A stretch of DNA of 13,593 bases from Candidatus Fraserbacteria bacterium (GTDB lineage: Bacteria; Bipolaricaulota; Bipolaricaulia; RBG-16-55-9; JANLFV01): NCBI GenBank assembly GCA_037446135.1, contig JBBIJD010000044.1, forward strand, positions 1-13,593. Direction: 5' to 3'. The position numbers and the translations under genes were made by a program. Numbering within the stretch: position 1 is the first letter of the stretch; the number at the start of each line of letters is the position of its first letter. A model generated the notes under the pieces. It was not told the DNA's origin. It saw nothing but the letters and a program-made list of their open reading frames with translations, and did no database searches. Of this stretch, positions 7,299 to 13,593 are shown piece after piece.

Positions 7299-7341
7299 TT
7301 GACGGTCTCCTCTGATCGACTTATACTAGTCTTAGACTGGT
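7299..7341 (+). promoter_or_regulatory. Promoter with overlapping operator palindrome for the phd-vapC operon
   Basis: TTGACG (7299-7304), 17-nt spacing, TATACT (7322-7327). Near-perfect inverted repeat ACTAGTCT-T-AGACTGGT (7325-7341). RBS GGGAGGT before ATG 7359. Confidence 0.75.
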
Positions 7342-7358
7342 TTGATCGGGAGGTGCTC

Positions 7359-7598
7359 ATGGCGACGGTCGGAGCGTATGAGGCCAAGACCCATCTCTCA
7401 GAGCTTTTGGAGCGCGTGGCCAAGGGGGAGCGGATCGTGATCACCAAGCACGGCGTGCCCGTGGCAGTGCTTGAGCCCGTCCCTCCGGCCAAGAAGGCCG
7501 ATTCCAAAGAGATCATCGCCGCCATTGAGGAGTTCGCGGGGAGACACAGCCTCGGCGGGCTGAAGCTACGCGAACTCATCGAGGAGGGCCGCATCTGA
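7359..7598 (+). CDS. Phd/YefM family antitoxin
   Basis: MATVGAYEAKTHLSELLERVAKGERIVITKHGVPVAVL is the classic Phd/YefM signature. Start moved from the ORF track's 7290 to ATG 7359 because of the RBS. Confidence 0.93.
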   Translation: MATVGAYEAKTHLSELLERVAKGERIVITKHGVPVAVLEPVPPAKKADSKEIIAAIEEFAGRHSLGGLKLRELIEEGRI

Positions 7599-7607
7599 TT
7601 CTGTCTG

Positions 7608-8033
7608 ATGGAGAAGAGAGCCTTCGTCCTCGATGCATCCGTGGCAGTTGCCTGGGCCTTTCGGGAGGAGCTGAACCCGTATACCCGATCTGTGCTGAGG
7701 GCCCTGGCCGGAGCGGCCGAGGCCCTTGTGCCCCTCGTCTGGCCGCTGGAGGTGGGCAACGCGCTTCTCATTGCCGAACGGAGGGAACGGCTCAGCCGGG
7801 CGGACGCGGTCCAGTTCTTGGCGCTCTTGCAGCAGTTGCCCATCACCGTGGAGCCGCAGACCCCGGAGCGGATCTTCGGAGAGATCCTGGCTTTGGCGCG
7901 TGAGCATCGGCTCTCGAGCTATGACGCCTCCTATCTCGACTTGGCGATGCGCCGGGGGCTCCCGCTGGCCACTCAGGACGAGGGCCTCCGCCAGGCGGCG
8001 ACACGCTGCGGGGTGGGGGTGTATCCATCATGA
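7608..8033 (+). CDS. vapC: VapC family PIN-domain toxin
   Basis: FVLDASVAVAW, WPLEVGNAL, LSSYDASYLDLA and LATQD motifs; downstream of a Phd antitoxin. Confidence 0.92.
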   Translation: MEKRAFVLDASVAVAWAFREELNPYTRSVLRALAGAAEALVPLVWPLEVGNALLIAERRERLSRADAVQFLALLQQLPITVEPQTPERIFGEILALAREHRLSSYDASYLDLAMRRGLPLATQDEGLRQAATRCGVGVYPS

Positions 8034-9430
8034 GCGGAAGGGGAAGCACATCAAGGGAGTCATGCCCCAGGGTCGAGGAGGAGAGCGTGAACGCCGAGGC
8101 GATGAGGGCGAATGACCTCCCCGAAGGCTACCGCCTGACCGAACTCGGCCCCCTCCCCGAGGAGTGGCGGGTGGTGAGGTTGGGGGAGGTGTTTTCCCTT
8201 GTGCCTAAGAAGCAACGAGAACACGTGGTAGAAGATGCGCAAGTGTATCGTTTGGTCACTGTGAAGCTTTATGCAAAAGGGCTTATGTTTCGTTCTGAGC
8301 AAAAAGGTAGCAACATAGGCACCAAGAGGTTGTATCTGGTCGGGGAAGGAGATTTTGTTTTCTCAAAGATAGATGCGCGCAATGGGGCTTGGGGTTTTGT
8401 AGGAAAGGATTTGAATGGGGCTTTTGTGAGCGGTGATTTCCCTATACTGGTGCTAAGGCGCGATATGGTTGATCAAGATTTTCTGACATTTACCCTATCT
8501 CGTCCATCTACTTGGGTTTCCCTTCGCAGTATAGCTGTCGGCACGACAAATCGCCGTAGGATCCAACCACGCGATTTTCTTTCGGCTTTACGGGTCCCCC
8601 TCCCACCCCTCGACGAGCAGAGGGCCATCGCCCATGTGCTGCGGACGGTGCAGGAGGCGAAGGAGGCCACCGAGCGGGTCATCGCCGCCGCGCGGGAGCT
8701 GAAGAAGAGCCTGATGCGTTACCTCTTCACCTACGGCCCCGTACCCGCCGATCGAACCGACCAGGTTGCTATGCAGGACACCGACATCGGCCCCATCCCG
8801 GCGCATTGGCAGGTGGTAAGGTTGGGAGAGGTGGCCTATTTAGGAAGCCATCGGCAGAAACTACAAGCAAGAAATGCCCTGATCCCTTTTGTGCCCATGT
8901 CGTTATTGCCAGAAGATAATATTTACGTTTCAAATTGGGAAATGCGCCGACCGGAAGAAATTAGGAGTGGCATAGCCGTTCAGGAAGGGGATTTCCTTCT
9001 GGCCAAGATTACACCTTGCTTTGAGAATGGAAAGCAAGGGATAGTAAAAGACATTCCAGATGGTCAGGGATTTGCAACCACAGAAGTAATTCCAATACGT
9101 CCTATCTCTCAGTTACACATAGAGTATTTGGCACTCTACCTAAAACAGACAGATATCAGAGAAGAATTAGCCAGTAAGATGGAGGGAACTACTGGTAGAC
9201 AAAGACTACCCAAAGCAGTTGTGGAGCAGTTATTGATCCCCCTTCCACCCCTCACCGAACAGCAGGAGATCGCCCGCATCCTGCGGGCCGTGGACGAGAA
9301 GATCCGCGCCGAGGAGGGGCGCAAAGGAGCCCTGGAGGCTCTATTTAAAACCCTGCTCCACCACCTGATGACAGGCAAGGTGCGGGTGAAGAGGCGCGCC
9401 TCAAGGAGTTATCCTTTGAGGAAGGAGTGA
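8030..9430 (+). CDS. hsdS: Type I restriction-modification specificity subunit S (true start may be near 8102)
   Basis: Repeated conserved blocks LPEEWRVVRLGEV / IPAHWQVVRLGEV and PLPPLDEQRAIA / PLPPLTEQQEIA. Two AT-richer target-recognition domains. C-terminal LLHHLMTGKVRV. Confidence 0.95.
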   Translation: MSGRGSTSRESCPRVEEESVNAEAMRANDLPEGYRLTELGPLPEEWRVVRLGEVFSLVPKKQREHVVEDAQVYRLVTVKLYAKGLMFRSEQKGSNIGTKRLYLVGEGDFVFSKIDARNGAWGFVGKDLNGAFVSGDFPILVLRRDMVDQDFLTFTLSRPSTWVSLRSIAVGTTNRRRIQPRDFLSALRVPLPPLDEQRAIAHVLRTVQEAKEATERVIAAARELKKSLMRYLFTYGPVPADRTDQVAMQDTDIGPIPAHWQVVRLGEVAYLGSHRQKLQARNALIPFVPMSLLPEDNIYVSNWEMRRPEEIRSGIAVQEGDFLLAKITPCFENGKQGIVKDIPDGQGFATTEVIPIRPISQLHIEYLALYLKQTDIREELASKMEGTTGRQRLPKAVVEQLLIPLPPLTEQQEIARILRAVDEKIRAEEGRKGALEALFKTLLHHLMTGKVRVKRRASRSYPLRKE

Positions 9431-9840
9431 GGCATGAGGGATAGGGATAAGGAGATCATCTTTCTGGTGGAGGAGTCCCCGGAGGGCGGCTACGAGGCGC
9501 GGGCGCTGGGACACGCGATCTTCCCGAGGCCGATAGCCTCGAGGAGCTTAAAGAGCAAGTGCGCGATGCGGTCCGCTGCCACTTCGATGAGGAGGAGCGG
9601 CCTGCGGTCATCCGGCTCCATCGCGTTCAGGAGGAAGTCATCCCCGTATGAAGCTTCCGCGCGTGGCGCGCCACGACGTCGGCGGCGAGGAGCTCGTCCG
9701 ACTCTTGGGACGGTATGGCTATCAGGTGGTGCGCCAGACGGGGAGCCACATGCGCTTGGTCTCCTCCTTCAAGGGCTCAGAACACCGCATAACCATCCCG
9801 AAGCAGAGGTCGCGACTTATCTGGAGGAGGCGCGCCTCAG
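9389..9840. repeat. Three GGCGCGCC-centred palindromes, each flanked by a 2-bp direct repeat
   Basis: AA-GAGGCGCGCCTC-AA (9389-9404), CG-TGGCGCGCCA-CG (9662-9675), AG-GAGGCGCGCCTC-AG (9825-9840). Confidence 0.75.
9434..9651 (+). pseudogene. hicB: HicB-like antitoxin, frameshifted
   Basis: KEIIFLVEESPEGGYEARALGHAIF, then a 1-nt loss at 9524-9525 (TTC-CC-GAG). Another frame continues EADSLEELKEQVRDAVRCHFDEEERPAVIRLHRVQEEVIPV to TGA 9649-9651, overlapping the hicA ATG. Confidence 0.8.
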
Positions 9841-9882
9841 ATGGGCCGAGAAGAGCTGATCAGGGAGCTGTTCCAGCAGTGA
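9648..9882 (+). pseudogene. hicA: HicA family toxin, disrupted
   Basis: GEELVRLLGRYGYQVVRQTGSHMRL...HRITIPK is the HicA signature. The usual GTL-containing helix is missing after about 9805. The remnants EVATYLE and MGREELIRELFQQ-stop (9841-9882) lie in different frames. Confidence 0.8.
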
Positions 9883-9901
9883 TGTTCGAGGAGGGATCGT
9901 A

Positions 9902-12796
9902 ATGATTTTGGGCAGCGAGCGCGGTGCCGTCCAGAACCCCCTCATCCGCTATGCCGTAGAGGCCGGCTGGGAGTATCTGCCTCGAGATGAAGCCCTACGC
10001 CTCAGGCGCGGTGAGGAAGGTGTGGTCCTCCACGAGGTCTTGGTGAAGCAGCTCCAGCGGCTCAACCCCGGCGTAGTGGACTCAGTGGCCAAGGCCGAGG
10101 AGGTGATCCGCCGCTTGGTGCGCGTGCGGCCCAACATCGAGGGGAACCTCGAGGCCTGGGAGTATCTGAAGGGCCTCAAGACCGTCTTCGTCGAGGCCGA
10201 GCGCCGCGAGCGGAATGTCCGGCTGCTGGACCCCGTGAATGTTGAGGCCAACGCCTTCCAGGTGACGGATGAGTTCGAGTTCACCAACGGGACCCACACG
10301 ATCCGCCCGGATGTCGTGTTCTTGATCAACGGGATCCCGGTGATCGTGGTCGAGACCAAGGCGGCGACCCGACTGGAGGGGATCGCGGAGGCCCTCGACC
10401 AGATCCGCCGGTATCATCGCGAGGGGCCGGAGCTTATGGCCATCCTCCAGCTCCATGCCCTCACGCATCTCGTCCAGTTCTTTTATGGCCCTACCTGGAG
10501 CCTCGCGCGGAAGACCCTCTTCAACTGGCGGGACGAGCAGGCCGGGGACTTCGAGACCCTGGTGAAGAGCTTTGTGGCCCCCAGAAGGGTCCTGCGGGCC
10601 CTCACGGAGTTCATCCTCTTCGTGCGCAAGGACGGTGAGCTCTCCAAGGTCGTCCTGCGCCCTCACCAGATGCGGGCCGTCGAGCGGGTGGTCGGGCGGG
10701 CCCGGGACCCCGAGAAGAGGAGGGGGCTGATCTGGCACACCCAGGGCTCAGGGAAGACCTACACCATGATCACCGTAGCCAAGCGGCTGATCGAGGACCC
10801 CTTCTTCCGGAACCCGACGGTGCTCATGATCGTGGACCGGAACGAGCTGGAGCAGCAGCTCTTCCAGAACTTGGAGGCCGTCGGCTTCGGCCATGTCGAG
10901 GTGGCCCGAAGCAAGCGCCACCTCCGGGAGCTCCTGGAAGAGGACACTCGGGGGCTGATCGTCTCGATGATCCACAAGTTCGACGATATGCCCGCGAATA
11001 TCAGCCCTCGGGAGAACATCTTCGTCCTCGTGGACGAGGCCCACCGCTCGACCGAGGCCGAGCTGGGGAACTACCTGATGGGCGCACTCCCCAATGCCAC
11101 CTACATCGGGTTCACCGGCACACCCATCGACAAGACCGCCTACGGGAAGGGGACCTTCAAGACCTTCGGGACGGACGACCCTAAGGGTTATCTCGACAAA
11201 TACTCCATCAAAGAATCGATCGAGGACGGCACGACCGTCCCCCTCCATTATGCCCTCGCTCCCAATGAGCTTCTGGCCGATCGGGACGCCATGGAGCGGG
11301 AGTTCTGGAGCCTAGCGGAGCTGGAGGGCGTGAGCGAGATCGAGGAGCTGAACCGGGTGTTGGACCGGGCCGTGACCTTGAGGAACATGCTCAAGAGCCC
11401 GGACCGGGTGGGGAAGATCGCCGCCTTTGTGGCCGAGCATTTCCAGGAGCATGTCGAGCCCATGGGCTACAAGGCCTTCTTAGTGGCGGTGGACCGCGAG
11501 GCCTGCGCCCTCTACAAGGAGGCGCTGGATAAGCATCTCCCGCCGGAGGACTCGGCTGTGGTCATCAGCCCGGCCCACAACGATCCCCCCTTGCTGGCCC
11601 AATACCACCGCACAGAAGAGGAAGAGCGAGCCGTTCGCCAGAAATTCCGCAAGCCCGATGAGCCCCCCAAGATCCTCATCGTGACGGAGAAGCTCCTCAC
11701 CAGCTTTGATGCCCCGATCTTGTATTGCATGTATCTCGACAAGCCGATGCGGGACCATGTGCTCCTGCAAGCGATCGCCCGAGTCAACCGCCCCGACGAG
11801 GACGAGGGGAGGCGGAAGCCCGCGGGCTTCATCCTGGATTTCGTCGGGATCTTCGATAAGCTCGAGCGGGCCCTGGCCTTCGACTCCGAGGATGTGGCGG
11901 GGGTGATCGAGGGCCTGGAGGTCCTCCAGCACCGTTTCACGGCGTTAATGGACCGTGGGCGAGAGGAGTATCTCCCCCTCTCGGCCGGCCGGGCCAGGGA
12001 CAAGGCCGCAGAGACCGTGCTGGAGCACTTCCGCGATCGCGAGCGACGCGAGGAGTTCTACAAATACTTCCGCGAGCTGGAAGAGCTTTACGAAATCTTG
12101 TCCCCGGACCCCTTCCTCCGGCCCTTCTTGGAGGACTACGAGTCCCTCACGGCCATCTATCGCCTCGTGCGGAGCGCCTATGAGCCGCATATCCCGGTCG
12201 ATAAGAGCTTCCTGCGCAAGACCGCGGAGATCGTCCAGCGGCACACCCGGACCGGCGAGATCCTGATCCCGGAGGAGATCCACAAGATCGATGTGGAGCT
12301 GCTGGAGAGGCTCGCTGGGGAGGAGAAGCCGGAGACCGTTCGGATCTTCAACCTGATCAAAGCCCTCTACAAGCTGGTCCAGCAGGAGAGGCATCAAGCC
12401 CCTTATCTGATCCCCATTGGGGAGCGGGCCGAGCAGATCGCCCAGGCCTTCGAGGCCGGCCAGCTCTCGGCCCGGGAGGCCCTCCTCCAGTTGGAGGAGC
12501 TGGTCGAAGACTACAAAGCTGCGGAGCGGGACCGACGGGGGAGCGACCTCTCTCCGGAAGGGTTCGCGGTCTTGTGGCTGCTGAAGAAGGAAGGGTTCCC
12601 GCAAGCCGAAGCCGAAACGATCGCTCACGAGATCGCCATGGCCTTTGAGCGGTTCCCCCATTGGCCGCGGAGTGAGAGGCAGGAGCGGGAGCTGCGAAAA
12701 TCTATCTACAAGGCGCGGATCGAGGCCAAAGTAGAGAATGTTGTGGAGTGGGCCGATCGGCTCCTTTCGATGCTGAGGAGGGCCGCCACATCATGA
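9902..12796 (+). CDS. hsdR: Type I restriction endonuclease subunit R
   Basis: Nuclease motif RPDVVFLINGIPVIVVETK, Walker A HTQGSGKT, DEAHR, GFTGTP and QAIARVNR. LLTSFDAP where LTGFDAP is usual. Confidence 0.95.
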   Translation: MILGSERGAVQNPLIRYAVEAGWEYLPRDEALRLRRGEEGVVLHEVLVKQLQRLNPGVVDSVAKAEEVIRRLVRVRPNIEGNLEAWEYLKGLKTVFVEAERRERNVRLLDPVNVEANAFQVTDEFEFTNGTHTIRPDVVFLINGIPVIVVETKAATRLEGIAEALDQIRRYHREGPELMAILQLHALTHLVQFFYGPTWSLARKTLFNWRDEQAGDFETLVKSFVAPRRVLRALTEFILFVRKDGELSKVVLRPHQMRAVERVVGRARDPEKRRGLIWHTQGSGKTYTMITVAKRLIEDPFFRNPTVLMIVDRNELEQQLFQNLEAVGFGHVEVARSKRHLRELLEEDTRGLIVSMIHKFDDMPANISPRENIFVLVDEAHRSTEAELGNYLMGALPNATYIGFTGTPIDKTAYGKGTFKTFGTDDPKGYLDKYSIKESIEDGTTVPLHYALAPNELLADRDAMEREFWSLAELEGVSEIEELNRVLDRAVTLRNMLKSPDRVGKIAAFVAEHFQEHVEPMGYKAFLVAVDREACALYKEALDKHLPPEDSAVVISPAHNDPPLLAQYHRTEEEERAVRQKFRKPDEPPKILIVTEKLLTSFDAPILYCMYLDKPMRDHVLLQAIARVNRPDEDEGRRKPAGFILDFVGIFDKLERALAFDSEDVAGVIEGLEVLQHRFTALMDRGREEYLPLSAGRARDKAAETVLEHFRDRERREEFYKYFRELEELYEILSPDPFLRPFLEDYESLTAIYRLVRSAYEPHIPVDKSFLRKTAEIVQRHTRTGEILIPEEIHKIDVELLERLAGEEKPETVRIFNLIKALYKLVQQERHQAPYLIPIGERAEQIAQAFEAGQLSAREALLQLEELVEDYKAAERDRRGSDLSPEGFAVLWLLKKEGFPQAEAETIAHEIAMAFERFPHWPRSERQERELRKSIYKARIEAKVENVVEWADRLLSMLRRAATS

Positions 12797-13104
12797 AGAA
12801 GGGGCCTGAAGACGGCTGGAGGCCGCTCGAGGAAGCCGTGCCAGCGGAGCTCTTCAAGGCCGAGGTGCGGGCTTGGGCCTGGAGGATCGGGGTGGAGCCC
12901 AAAGAGATCCACATCCGGCCGATGAAGCGGAAGTGGGCGAGCTGCTCCTCCAAGGGCCGGCTCACCTTCGATCAGGAGCTCCTTCGGCAGCCGGCCCGCT
13001 TCCGCGCGGAGGTGGTGGTTCATGAGCTGTTGCACTTGAAGGTCCCCAACCACGGGAGGCTGTTCCGCGCCCTGCTCCAGGCCCATCTGGCAGAAGTGAA
13101 GTAG
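12793..13104 (+). CDS. Short YgjP/DUF45-like (M48-type) zinc metallohydrolase
   Basis: ATGA overlap with the hsdR stop. MKRKWASCS and VVVHELLHLKVPNHG (HExxH). This family commonly follows hsdR. Confidence 0.88.
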   Translation: MKKGPEDGWRPLEEAVPAELFKAEVRAWAWRIGVEPKEIHIRPMKRKWASCSSKGRLTFDQELLRQPARFRAEVVVHELLHLKVPNHGRLFRALLQAHLAEVK

Positions 13105-13404
13105 AGTGAGTGATCCATCCATTACTCCCACACCGCTCCGCGGCCCGGCCCTCGGGAGACCGGGCTGAGAAAGATACCCTCACCTGGGTCAGGAGCTCCC
13201 CCGCGGCGGGATCCTGGTGGGATTGACAAGAGGCCTCCTGATCGGCTATCCTGCGCTGCCCCATTCCGACCCTCTCACCACCGGGGGCTTGGCCAGCTCC
13301 TCTCCCCCCAAGAGATTAGGCCGAGCTCCCTGGGGTCTGGTCTCTCCCAAGCGAAGCTAACGGGAATCGCCGCCGGGCTCGGCCTCGCTCTGGCCCAAGG
13401 ATCA

Positions 13405-13593
13405 TCACCGCTCCCGCCTCAGGATATCATGGGTGCCTATGTTCCTGAGCAGGACAATATCGCCCTCCCTCTGGAAGGTGATCCTGTAACTCCGGCTCAC
13501 GCTCATCTCCCAGATGGCTTCAGCACCCTCGATCTTTTTCACCCTCAGGGAGGGATGGCGTGGGTTCCGCTCATAGAGGGCTAATTTCTCCAA
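13405..13593 (-). CDS. RelE/ParE-superfamily toxin, C-terminal part (5' end outside the window)
   Basis: NPRHPSLRVKKIEG..IWEMSVSRSYRITF......LRNIGTHD pattern of RelE/YafQ-like mRNA interferases. Confidence 0.8.
   Translation of the reverse strand: MEKLALYERNPRHPSLRVKKIEGAEAIWEMSVSRSYRITFQREGDIVLLRNIGTHDILRRER

Noticed and set aside
9434..9902. ORF-track 141-aa and 84-aa proteins taken at face value
   Set aside because: Both run out of frame after lesions and are better explained as hicB and hicA pseudogenes.
6431..12661. Long minus-strand ORFs (6431-7198, 10082-10738, 11945-12661)
   Set aside because: Antisense shadows of GC-rich hsdM and hsdR coding sequence with no protein motifs.

Overview
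GC-rich bacterial defence island. It opens with the trailer end of a CRISPR array (37-nt repeat A), followed by a four-gene operon: membrane/coiled-coil protein, DUF1257/Ycf35-like protein, DUF2997-like protein and a Ycf46-like AAA+ ATPase. Next is a 1.59-kb cassette (3956-5545) bracketed by a perfect 175-bp direct repeat. The cassette holds the tail of a second CRISPR array (different 37-nt repeat B), an RHH/PIN toxin-antitoxin pair, a promoter and leader, and a degenerate repeat-B mini-array. The first spacer of that mini-array partially matches the DNA just upstream of the -35 box in the duplicated hsdM promoter. The rest is an apparently decaying type I restriction-modification operon (hsdM frameshifted and truncated, hsdS, hsdR, short YgjP/M48-like gene) interleaved with Phd-VapC and broken HicB-HicA modules, and a convergent partial RelE-family toxin gene. 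Three short GGCGCGCC-centred palindromes with 2-bp flanking direct repeats look like micro-insertions in hsdS and hicA. No cas genes lie in the window. Family assignments come from motif recognition, not from database searches.
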